Shown here piece by piece: positions 28,986 to 37,934 of a stretch of DNA of 64,000 nucleotides; within the stretch, counting starts at the first letter, position 1; each line of letters begins with the position of its first letter. The translations under genes were made by a program, and so were the position numbers. The notes under the pieces are model-generated. The model was not told where the DNA came from. It did not search any database and worked only from the letters and a program-made list of their open reading frames with translations. Where the stretch lies: the sequence record MZ622713.1. One strand, written 5' to 3'.

Positions 28986-30245
28986 ATGAAAACACGTACC
29001 AAATTGGCGGCCATCGCTGGACTCGAAGGTATGACCAGAGATGAGACGGTGGAGTCTCTACAAAGTACCATCATCACTAATGTATTTGGTGGTGGTCAGG
29101 ATACAGAACTGGAACCGCCTGAAGAGATCAGTGAAATCCAAGTCAACCAAGCACTAGCTGAAGCAACCTCAGATGTTGAAGAGTCTTCTAAACTAGTAGA
29201 AGCGTACATCGAGCAAGAAGAAGAACACGCTGAAGCGGTAGCCGATCTAGAACAGGCTGTGACAGGCATTGAGTCTCTATTCGAAGGTGAGTTCAGTCAA
29301 GTGGCTTACCAACGCTTAATGAACCATGCAGCGCGTTGTGCTAAGCGTGCAGGTGTGGAACTACCGGTTAAACTGGATGGCACGGAATCCATGAGTTCAG
29401 CTAGTGTCTACTTGGAGACTCGTAACGGTTTAGAAGGGTTTATGGATTCGGTTAAAGATACCGGTAAAAAACTTAAAGAACTCGTTATTACAGTCTACAA
29501 CTACTTGATGGATATGATCAAGGGTTGGATAGGTCAGTTCAAAAATTTGTCTGACAAAACCAAGCTGGCTATTGTCAAAGCTGATAAATGTGAAGATGTC
29601 AAAGCCGAGATTCGTTTGGGTCGTTGGAACCGTTGGTTGGATGCAGCGAACACTCCAGTCTTTGAAATCATCAAACTGTTCAAACCTCTAGGTGTTGCAC
29701 TTAACACCAGCACTGTTTCACTTAACGACGTTGTGACGGACCAAGGTTCAAGCCTAGCTAGCGTAAAAGCTATGGTTAAGTCAATCTCCGATCTTCCTAT
29801 GAAAAAGGTAAGTGGTGATTCTTCTAAGCTTACTGAAGGTTACCAGTTCGATATCGGTAACATGTCAGTGACTTACACGGTACCGCATCCTGACAACAGT
29901 ACCAGCGATGCATTCAAAGTCTTTGCTGTTAACCTTAAGCAAAACGCTGAAGCTAAAGAAGCTACTACCAAAGCAGTATATCGTGATCTGCAAGCAGTTA
30001 AGACTGAGCTTCATTCAGTACTTAAGTTCGTTGATGGTACCAAAGATAACTTTGAGAAGATTCACAATGCTTTACGCAACGAGCGTGATAAGCTAGTGGC
30101 TCTGGTTAACGCTACCGATGGTGGTAAGAACAAAACTAAAGTGATGAACGCTATTTCAGCGAAACGTAAAATCATCACTGATACCGAGCGTCTGATTTTC
30201 AACCTAGCAGAAGCTAAATGTGATTTATTGAAAGCACACCTTTAA
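28986..30245 (+). CDS. Internal head protein, gp93-97-like paralog
   Basis: AGLE, TGIE, DGTE and NGLE|GF sites; IRLGRWNR resembles IKLGGWNR of the 27580 product. Confidence 0.75.
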   Translation: MKTRTKLAAIAGLEGMTRDETVESLQSTIITNVFGGGQDTELEPPEEISEIQVNQALAEATSDVEESSKLVEAYIEQEEEHAEAVADLEQAVTGIESLFEGEFSQVAYQRLMNHAARCAKRAGVELPVKLDGTESMSSASVYLETRNGLEGFMDSVKDTGKKLKELVITVYNYLMDMIKGWIGQFKNLSDKTKLAIVKADKCEDVKAEIRLGRWNRWLDAANTPVFEIIKLFKPLGVALNTSTVSLNDVVTDQGSSLASVKAMVKSISDLPMKKVSGDSSKLTEGYQFDIGNMSVTYTVPHPDNSTSDAFKVFAVNLKQNAEAKEATTKAVYRDLQAVKTELHSVLKFVDGTKDNFEKIHNALRNERDKLVALVNATDGGKNKTKVMNAISAKRKIITDTERLIFNLAEAKCDLLKAHL

Positions 30246-30259
30246 ACATTGTATGTGCA
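30245..30259 (+). promoter_or_regulatory. Putative late promoter (TATG type)
   Basis: AACATTGTATGTGCA differs by one base from AACATTCTATGTGCA upstream of the capsid gene. Confidence 0.55.
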
Positions 30260-30412
30260 TTCATATCGCTGGTATGGCATTATAGTAATTATATGTAGGA
30301 TACTATAGTACTGTAGTACCATACTCTCGTCATTGATTTTTTATTAATGACGTTTAGAAAATTTAATTAAATCTTCTAGTCAAACGACTAAAATATCTAA
30401 GGAACATTTGTT

Positions 30413-31651
30413 ATGTCTCAAATTCGTACTATGCTTATGGCACACGCTGGCGTTGAATCTCTTTCTGCTGAAGAAGTTGATCAAGTGGAAGCTGTCGCTG
30501 AAAAGACTGCCGAAGAAGTAGCTGAGCTAGTTGCTGATAAAGCGGCTGAAGAAGTCAAAGAAGAAGTTAACGATCTTGCTGACGAAGTTGAAGAACTTTC
30601 TGAAGAAGTTGAAGACATCGAAGATGATGTTGAAGAACTTGAAGAAACAGTTGAAGGCCTAGAAGCAATGCTAGTTGCTGGTAACTACAACGCAGCAGCA
30701 TTCGGCATCCTTTACAACCGCGCTGAAAAACTAAACCGTCGTCTAGGTGGTAAAGACACTGGCGCTGTAGTTGGTGCTGAATCTCTAGGTGACGCAACTT
30801 CTGCTGGTCTTGCAGCACGTGCTGGTCTAGAAGGTTTCACTGAAACTGTTAAAGGCTACAAAGATGCAGCTGTTAAATTCATCATGGCGATGTATGAATC
30901 TATCAAGAACTACATCAAAGGTCTTCTAGACAAGTCTGTGGCTCTACAAAACCAAGTTAAAGCTACTAAGGCTCGCCTAGATAAAACTGAAGAGCTTAAG
31001 AAAGATGTTAAGCCGGGCAAATGGGCTTCTCTAGCTAAGATCGACCGCGTAAACAAACTACGTGAAGTTATGGTTGCAGCGAACAAAGTTGTTGAGTCAA
31101 CTCCTAAGCTTGCTGAAAACGATCTTTCAAGCTTCAAGTCTGCGATGAGCAACCTAACAGCTAAAGCTAAAGAGCTGGGTTCTCTTGATCAGTCTAAATC
31201 TACTAAGGCTGGCGACAAAGAAACTATCCTAGTGAAAATCGGCGTAGTAGCTCTTACTGTTACTGTGTACACTGGTTCTATCGAAAACCACGACGACATC
31301 AAGAAAGCTTGTAAAGCGACTTCTCTGTCTTACTCTGTTACTAAAGCAGAAGGCGAAGTTCAATTCCCAGCTCTTGACAAACCTAAAGCTAGCAAAATGC
31401 TTGAGCAAGTTGACCGCATGGCTAAAGAAATGGCTGAGTACAAGAACGACCGCGCAGCTAACGACGAAGGCCGTGACAAGCTAATTTCTGCTGTTAAGAA
31501 ACTAGAAGGCGACGCTAAAGAGTGGGCTAAACCTGCTGTTGCATCTATCAAAGCAGCTACTGCGATGACTAACAAAGTTTACACTGTTGGTGCTCGCGTA
31601 CTTGGTAACATTGCTGACGCTAAACTATCAGCAGTTAAAGCTTACCTATAA
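30413..31651 (+). CDS. Internal head protein, gp93-97-like paralog, probably high copy
   Basis: AGVE, EGLE, VGAE and AGLE|GF sites; strongly biased codon usage like the capsid gene. Confidence 0.75.
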   Translation: MSQIRTMLMAHAGVESLSAEEVDQVEAVAEKTAEEVAELVADKAAEEVKEEVNDLADEVEELSEEVEDIEDDVEELEETVEGLEAMLVAGNYNAAAFGILYNRAEKLNRRLGGKDTGAVVGAESLGDATSAGLAARAGLEGFTETVKGYKDAAVKFIMAMYESIKNYIKGLLDKSVALQNQVKATKARLDKTEELKKDVKPGKWASLAKIDRVNKLREVMVAANKVVESTPKLAENDLSSFKSAMSNLTAKAKELGSLDQSKSTKAGDKETILVKIGVVALTVTVYTGSIENHDDIKKACKATSLSYSVTKAEGEVQFPALDKPKASKMLEQVDRMAKEMAEYKNDRAANDEGRDKLISAVKKLEGDAKEWAKPAVASIKAATAMTNKVYTVGARVLGNIADAKLSAVKAYL

Positions 31652-31681
31652 TCCAACTCCCGTGTGGGTTAGATAACAACG

Positions 31682-31714
31682 AATCGGGGAGGGCGTTGGC
31701 CCTCCCCGATTTAT
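31682..31714 (+). terminator. Rho-independent terminator
   Basis: AATCGGGGAGGGC-gttg-GCCCTCCCCGATT. Confidence 0.7.
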
Positions 31715-31745
31715 TCACGTTCTCCTTAATTTAGAGGTTAACATA

Positions 31746-32837
31746 ATGAATAAAACCACTGAAGCACCCGCACAGCTTTCCACGGTTAAGTCTAAATACG
31801 AAGACACCAAGAGTGGAACAGACGCGGCACTGCGGGCAGCGGAAGAGCCTTTGGATGCTAAAGACCAAGGCGAGACTAAGTCTGACCTACCGGTAGATGG
31901 AGATGACTTAGAACGAAACATGAACAAAGTCAAAGCGTTCCATGCACTAGCGGGTATGAAAGCATTTGCTGAACCTATCGACGGCTGTGAGTCATTCATG
32001 AGCACAGTCAAAGAAGGTGTCATTTGGCTTATTCGTCGTGCTTCGGATATCTTGAACTGGATCATCGATTTCATCTTTAACCGTGTTAGTTCACTTCGTC
32101 GTAAAATTACCCGAATGAAGTACTCGTTTAATGATAATGGTATCAGACTCAAAGATACACGTTACCCACGTTCTATCGTCCGCTTAGCCGACCGTCCTAA
32201 TATCCCGAGTTCTCCAGAGTTTGCTCTTAAGTCTATCGACGCTGCTCAGAAACTGTACAACTCAATGATGGGTCAACAAAACCAGATTGCTAGTATGACT
32301 CGCGCTTTCCCAGCCGACGTAACTCGTAAACAGCTGTTGAACTTTGCCGATGCATTATCAACCAGCTACGTGTCAGCACTTGGTGGAAATCGTGTTAAGC
32401 CTAACATCCACGAAATTCATTTCCCTTCTGGTTTCCAAGTCATGAAAGCGGTGATCAACCCAGATCGCGGTTTCAATGGATTCAGCCTGACTGAGTACTT
32501 CCAGCCTAAAGTCAAGCCAATCATCCCTGATTTGTTCACTCCGAACGCGGATGTGGTACACCGTTTGATTCTTAAGATGGACGTTTGTTTGATGGACGTA
32601 GAGAAAGCACACAAGTCTCAACGTAGCTTTGCTAACAACTTCAAGCGAACTGTACAACCTTTGGCGGATGGTGTTAAGAACTATCCTGAGAAGACCAAAG
32701 AGGAAATCTTAAAGTACTACCGTTGGTTGATTAACTATCAACAAAAATCTGTAGCGATTCCTCTTAACTATTACCTGAGCGTGATCTCCGCGGCGATCGA
32801 TTTGGTCGGTGCACAGTTACACTCAAAAAGCAAGTAA
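31746..32837 (+). CDS. Internal head protein, divergent paralog
   Basis: DGCE|SFMSTVK site followed by an amphipathic W/F-rich helix. Confidence 0.65.
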   Translation: MNKTTEAPAQLSTVKSKYEDTKSGTDAALRAAEEPLDAKDQGETKSDLPVDGDDLERNMNKVKAFHALAGMKAFAEPIDGCESFMSTVKEGVIWLIRRASDILNWIIDFIFNRVSSLRRKITRMKYSFNDNGIRLKDTRYPRSIVRLADRPNIPSSPEFALKSIDAAQKLYNSMMGQQNQIASMTRAFPADVTRKQLLNFADALSTSYVSALGGNRVKPNIHEIHFPSGFQVMKAVINPDRGFNGFSLTEYFQPKVKPIIPDLFTPNADVVHRLILKMDVCLMDVEKAHKSQRSFANNFKRTVQPLADGVKNYPEKTKEEILKYYRWLINYQQKSVAIPLNYYLSVISAAIDLVGAQLHSKSK

Positions 32838-32850
32838 ATAAGGAAAGACA

Positions 32851-34266
32851 ATGATCACTCCTTTTAAAAATATGTTCTTCATCATCCGTGCTTATCAAGC
32901 CGTACAACGTGACTCAATGATCAAAGATCATCGTGATGTCATCATGTTGGAGAACCTAGCTAAAGAACTTAGTATCGATGAAAACATCGTTGCTTCGTTC
33001 ACCCTTAATGAACCGTGGGTGTTATTGAACGGCATTCGTGATGAGTTGATCCTCAAGATGCACGAATTGATGTCCTACATGGAAGGTGTTGATACTTACG
33101 TTCCTGCTAAGTTTGAAGACATCCTAAAGGGTTTCAATTACGATGACATGTGTGACTTTTGTCCAGACATGTCTTTCGACCATGCCGGGTTCTTGTACCA
33201 CATTACACCCAAAGAAGATTCTGACGAAGTTGTCGATTCTGGTGAGCTGGCGATGCATCTTGCTAACTTCCGTATCGATCTTGATTCGATGGAAGCGGAA
33301 CTCAAGAAAGAGTACGAAAAGGACCTTGACCTCGTTTACCGTTGTAACCGAGAGATGATGTTCATTTTCGCTATCTTTGAACACGTCCACACTAAAGGTC
33401 TGGATTTGTTCATGTTGGACCAAACCCCATCTGAAATCTGGTACAAGAAATTCAAAGATGGTGTGGAAGCTCTGGACGACATCCTAGAGTCTGGTCTACT
33501 GGAAGCGCCTGAGAACATGACCAAAGAACAACGTGAACGTACTAATGAAAACATGAAGACGTTGGACGTTGACGGCATGGAAGGTTTCTGGAGTGAATTA
33601 GATCAGTCACATTCTTTGCACTTACTGAAGTTAACTGGTAACGAAGATTTTAAAGAAGACATCAAGAACATGGCGAGTAAAGCCGCTGAGATGTTGAACA
33701 CTGCTTTGAAGTCTTTGAAGACCCGTTTCGAAGAGCGTAAGAAAGAAGGTTCTAAAGAAGCGACAGAAATCAAGAAAGCCATCGATGCAGCTATTGACAA
33801 AATCAGTGGTATGGCTGGAGAACCTGACGCAGGGCAGATCAAACAGTTACAACAACGTTTAGAGAAAGCTGGCTTTAAAGCGCAAGCCGATAAACTAAAC
33901 GGTGTGACGACTTACACCCAACTTAGCCAAGCGCTATCTACTATCTCTGGTGAATTCAGTTCAATGATCTCTGAAATGAAAGAAGCCGAAGAGAAACTAC
34001 GTGAAGCGGAAAGCAAAGTAAAAGAAGCGTCCACTCCTCCGTCTGGTGCTAACGAAGGTGCTAACGAAACGACCAAAGGTCAGATCAAGGCACAAATGTC
34101 GGAAGCACAGAAAACAGCGAAAGAGTTGATGAAAGCAGCGTCAGAGTCTATTGGTGAATCCATGAAGTCTTTGTCTATGCTTCGTGGTATCAAAGCCACA
34201 CTAGACCGTATTTCGGAATCTGGTAAAGAGAAGAAAGTAGACGGTCAAGAATCGTGGATGCTTTAA
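32851..34266 (+). CDS. Putative head protein with long N-terminal region and C-terminal coiled coil
   Basis: DGME|GF and TGNE|DF sites mid-protein; DGQE|SWML at the extreme C-terminus. Confidence 0.6.
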   Translation: MITPFKNMFFIIRAYQAVQRDSMIKDHRDVIMLENLAKELSIDENIVASFTLNEPWVLLNGIRDELILKMHELMSYMEGVDTYVPAKFEDILKGFNYDDMCDFCPDMSFDHAGFLYHITPKEDSDEVVDSGELAMHLANFRIDLDSMEAELKKEYEKDLDLVYRCNREMMFIFAIFEHVHTKGLDLFMLDQTPSEIWYKKFKDGVEALDDILESGLLEAPENMTKEQRERTNENMKTLDVDGMEGFWSELDQSHSLHLLKLTGNEDFKEDIKNMASKAAEMLNTALKSLKTRFEERKKEGSKEATEIKKAIDAAIDKISGMAGEPDAGQIKQLQQRLEKAGFKAQADKLNGVTTYTQLSQALSTISGEFSSMISEMKEAEEKLREAESKVKEASTPPSGANEGANETTKGQIKAQMSEAQKTAKELMKAASESIGESMKSLSMLRGIKATLDRISESGKEKKVDGQESWML

Positions 34267-34274
34267 TATAACTT

Positions 34275-34305
34275 GGGTGGGTCCTTCGGGACTCACCCGT
34301 TATTC
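34275..34305 (+). terminator. Rho-independent terminator
   Basis: GGGTGGGTCC-ttcg-GGACTCACCC. Confidence 0.65.
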
Positions 34306-34337
34306 GATTTTATGATTATTCACTGAAGGGGGAGTTT

Positions 34338-35936
34338 ATGCTCACTGCTCTTTTTGATGCAGGTGAGACGTATCGTAATGCGACGCGTCCCGCTATTCTC
34401 GACAGCATCTACTCTGTATTGGAGTACTACCAAGTTCGAGAAAAAGACCTAACAGTATACTTGAATGGGGATGCTCAAGATGCACGCCCTATGTACTCCA
34501 GCCCGGAAGACGGACTACGTTCAGGTCAGTACACCGATTTCATATTTCGTAATAAGTTATTCGCAGTAGCCGAAGTGGTCACCACAGACTTTAACTCTGG
34601 TTACGGTAACATGGGTCGTCAGATCAACAACATCCCGTTGTGGTATAACTCTCATGTTAGAACTAACATGGTGCCTATCTTTGAAGGTCGTAAGATTAAC
34701 GTTGATTGTAATGTCCACTTTAATACACGACAACAAGCAAAAAACTTCCGTAATCGATTACAACGGATTTATGACTTGCAAGGTGCACATCCATGGTTCC
34801 GTGCTCACATTCATTATCCAGTCCCTTATGAGTTCATGTTGCTTTCAGCTCACTTGAAAACATTAAGTGACAATGCTGGTCTCAGCGAAGCCGAAGAAAC
34901 TTACCCAGATTGGTTTATTCGTCACTGTACAGCTCCTACAAGCATTTTAACCAATGCTGCGGGTGAACATCCCATCTTTGGGATTAAACGCCGTATAGAG
35001 AACTCTGAGCTGATTCTAGAGGAACCCACTATTGCTCTGGTGCAGCGCAACCAAGAAGTTCTTGGTAAGTATGAAGTGAGTTTCCGTTACTCTTTCTATT
35101 GGCAAGAACTTACCAACTGGAAAGTGAGCTATCCATTGATGGTGAACCAACTTCCTATCAGTTCGGACTTCGTTAACGCTCCGTTGGTCGAACCCGGTAA
35201 TCCTCATAGCTTATTTAAGTTCTTTGAACTAAAGGCTGGCGATGCGATTAAAGGTTTCGATGGGACCAAGCAATACTACTACGCTCGCTACCCGTTACAT
35301 GACCCGTGGTTCCCGCCACCTAACTATGAACGAGTTGAACCTAAAGTTATCATTAACTTCACGGTGCGGGAAGAAACCGCCAAACAGTTCTTGTTCAACA
35401 TCAAAGAAATCCCGGGGATGCAATGGAACCCGATCATACTGAAGTTCATCCTTCAGTACCATTACTTGGTCACCAAGCGTAGTAATCTGGTATTATGGTT
35501 GCAGCTTTATTCTGACGACACTCCGGTGTTACAAGAAGACATCGAGTTAGATGCCGAAGGTAACCTGTATTTGTTACGTGACCCAGTCATTGAAAATAAC
35601 TACCGCTGTGTTCTGAACATCGACGGGATGTTAGGTTTGTTGTCTGACCAAGGCAAGCGTCTGATTATTGAGGACGACAACTATCGCTTAGTGGTGTTAC
35701 CGGAAGTATTCCCTTGGTGGAACTGGAACACATTAAAACCTAACGAAGGAGCTGGTCCTTGGGGAACCACTGGTAAACCTATCCCGGGGTGGGAACAAGG
35801 TGATTCTAATTATTACGATCACCATAACGTCGCGACTCTGGAAGAGTTAGAAGACGCCATCGATATGATCGGTGCCTTACCTGAATTCCCTGACACTCCA
35901 TCATTCATGTTAGACATGTCTTTAATAGTGAGGTAA
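34338..35936 (+). CDS. Virion structural protein (neck/tail region, phiKZ gp98-like position)
   Basis: 532-aa ORF with GGGGAG RBS; assignment is by gene order only. Confidence 0.45.
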   Translation: MLTALFDAGETYRNATRPAILDSIYSVLEYYQVREKDLTVYLNGDAQDARPMYSSPEDGLRSGQYTDFIFRNKLFAVAEVVTTDFNSGYGNMGRQINNIPLWYNSHVRTNMVPIFEGRKINVDCNVHFNTRQQAKNFRNRLQRIYDLQGAHPWFRAHIHYPVPYEFMLLSAHLKTLSDNAGLSEAEETYPDWFIRHCTAPTSILTNAAGEHPIFGIKRRIENSELILEEPTIALVQRNQEVLGKYEVSFRYSFYWQELTNWKVSYPLMVNQLPISSDFVNAPLVEPGNPHSLFKFFELKAGDAIKGFDGTKQYYYARYPLHDPWFPPPNYERVEPKVIINFTVREETAKQFLFNIKEIPGMQWNPIILKFILQYHYLVTKRSNLVLWLQLYSDDTPVLQEDIELDAEGNLYLLRDPVIENNYRCVLNIDGMLGLLSDQGKRLIIEDDNYRLVVLPEVFPWWNWNTLKPNEGAGPWGTTGKPIPGWEQGDSNYYDHHNVATLEELEDAIDMIGALPEFPDTPSFMLDMSLIVR

Positions 35937-35939
35937 CCC

Positions 35940-37229
35940 ATGTCCTTTTTAGAACAAGCTCCGGGGATTAACGACAAACCGGATTTAAATAAACCAACGG
36001 TGTACGCAAAAGAATACCGTCACGCTATTGTTGATTCCGAGTACGTCCCTCACACCAGTTTGTTACACAACGTAAGCGGTCAACCAATACGTTGTGATTA
36101 CTACCGTCAGTTCTTAGGACAAGACGAAGAAGTCGTCGGGTTACAACTCAATGACATCTCCACATACCAGTCCTACACTGAAATCCGTAATCTGGTGTAC
36201 AAGCGTGATGGTGACCCTTCTCGTAACTGGAACGAAGAACGTTACGAAGTTAACCAGACATGGGTGGGTCATTTCTTATTCGACTTAACTCCACTTAAAG
36301 CTGACATCTTTGTACAAGATATCGGTGACGGTCGAGCTGGTTTGGTTCAGTTAACTAAAACACCTGAACCAATGAACATCTACAAAGACAAAGTCTACAT
36401 GTGTGAATGTACTTTGTTGGCGGAGATGAATCAAGAAATAGAAGACAACATCCGTAGTAAGGTAGTAGAAACGTCTTGGTTCTCGGCAGAGTCTGCTCTA
36501 AACGGTGGACAAGCGATCATTACTGAAAATGACCGTACACTGAATAAGAAGTTAGACCGTTGGGCGTACATGATCTCTCAACATCTTCTAACCACACATT
36601 ACTGGAACCCAGAGCGCACGATTGCGATTGTGGAAGACGATAAGCTGTATTACTATGACGCGTTCTTAGTTCGTTACCTACAGCGTGTCATCCCACATAA
36701 GTACATCCCGGGAGCTAACCCGATTGAGTCATTAAACTTTAACGTAGGTCGTAACTTTAACTACGATAAAGAGTTGACTATCTGGGATTGTTTCATCCAA
36801 GGTTCGTTTGACTTCTTACCGATGGTCAGTAAGAAGCTTTACAAATACAACCGAACTTCGTTGATGTCCAGCCGTGGGTATACTGGTTTCTTGGCAACTA
36901 AGTTTGATTACATCTTACTGCCGAGTGAGTTGAAGTTCAATGAACTTAATTCTTTGTACATTTCTCGTGATAACGGTCTAGGTTACCGACCACCAATGGA
37001 AGAAGGTGTGGAAGTCCCTAACTATTTCTCAGAGGCTTTCTACGCCGGTTCCTACGCCGACGACTTTGAACAATGGTGTCAAGAGTTCTTTGGCAAGCGT
37101 ACTGTTGATCGAGAGAAATTATTAAAACTGTGTGAGGCGTATAGTACTTGGGGAGCTAAAGATCAGATCTACCGAGCTGGTTTATTGGTGTCCGCCATCA
37201 TGACGTCAAAACGCGTATTTGGAGGTTAA
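35940..37229 (+). CDS. Virion structural protein (neck/tail region, phiKZ gp99-like position)
   Basis: 429-aa ORF with GAGG RBS; assignment is by gene order. Confidence 0.45.
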   Translation: MSFLEQAPGINDKPDLNKPTVYAKEYRHAIVDSEYVPHTSLLHNVSGQPIRCDYYRQFLGQDEEVVGLQLNDISTYQSYTEIRNLVYKRDGDPSRNWNEERYEVNQTWVGHFLFDLTPLKADIFVQDIGDGRAGLVQLTKTPEPMNIYKDKVYMCECTLLAEMNQEIEDNIRSKVVETSWFSAESALNGGQAIITENDRTLNKKLDRWAYMISQHLLTTHYWNPERTIAIVEDDKLYYYDAFLVRYLQRVIPHKYIPGANPIESLNFNVGRNFNYDKELTIWDCFIQGSFDFLPMVSKKLYKYNRTSLMSSRGYTGFLATKFDYILLPSELKFNELNSLYISRDNGLGYRPPMEEGVEVPNYFSEAFYAGSYADDFEQWCQEFFGKRTVDREKLLKLCEAYSTWGAKDQIYRAGLLVSAIMTSKRVFGG

Positions 37230-37230
37230 T

Positions 37231-37926
37231 GTGGATATCGTCCGCTACACTTATGTTCGTCAACGTTTGATTGATTTATACCGTGAGCTTTCATATGAAG
37301 GGTTCCGTATGTTCGTTCCCGGTCAGATGTTCATGAATAAAAATCAGCTAAGCCAACATGAGTACATTTCGTACCAAGGTTCTTACGGCTGGGGAGATGA
37401 CATTCACTCCCACCGTCCCTACTTGATCACGGTGCCTATGTTAAAGGACCTCATCAAAGGGATAAACAAAGAGTCCACTATCGGGTTCTATGATGCGGAC
37501 GATTCCATACGTTTATTCAAACTCATCACCGAGTACTTAGACTTGTGGATGGACATCGCGAATGACGCCCCTCAGTACTACATCCCTCATGTTCCTGAAC
37601 TCTATGAACTGGAAGAAGTAGCACTGTGGATATTCCATGTTTACAAACCTACGATGATTCATAAAGCCAATATGAAGTTGGCTAAGCGCCGTGAAGAAGA
37701 AAAAGATAATCCAGACGTTAACCCGTTCTTGTTGTTAATTCGCATGGGTGCTTCTGAATCAGTTGATGAGATTCCGGATGAAGTGAGTTTCTCCAGTATA
37801 CTGGATGACCGTCTTCCTTCCCGCCTCAGAGATTACTACACTTCAGTGCGTAAGTCTAAGGTGGCTATCGACGTTGAAGAAGAATGGCGTATCAACATGG
37901 CTGACATCGCCGATCTGATAGATTAG
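37231..37926 (+). CDS. Conserved hypothetical protein in the tail cluster
   Basis: GGAGG RBS 5 nt before the GTG at 37231. Confidence 0.7.
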   Translation: MDIVRYTYVRQRLIDLYRELSYEGFRMFVPGQMFMNKNQLSQHEYISYQGSYGWGDDIHSHRPYLITVPMLKDLIKGINKESTIGFYDADDSIRLFKLITEYLDLWMDIANDAPQYYIPHVPELYELEEVALWIFHVYKPTMIHKANMKLAKRREEEKDNPDVNPFLLLIRMGASESVDEIPDEVSFSSILDDRLPSRLRDYYTSVRKSKVAIDVEEEWRINMADIADLID

Positions 37927-37934
37927 GAGTTGCT

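Noticed and set aside
27700-30700. Repetitive GAAGAA/GTTGAA tracts as a CRISPR array or DNA repeat
   Set aside because: They encode Glu-rich propeptides; there is no constant repeat with unique spacers.
34045-34068. 12-bp tandem repeat GGTGCTAACGAA x2
   Set aside because: Only two copies, in-frame (GANEGANE) within a linker; likely a trivial slippage duplication.
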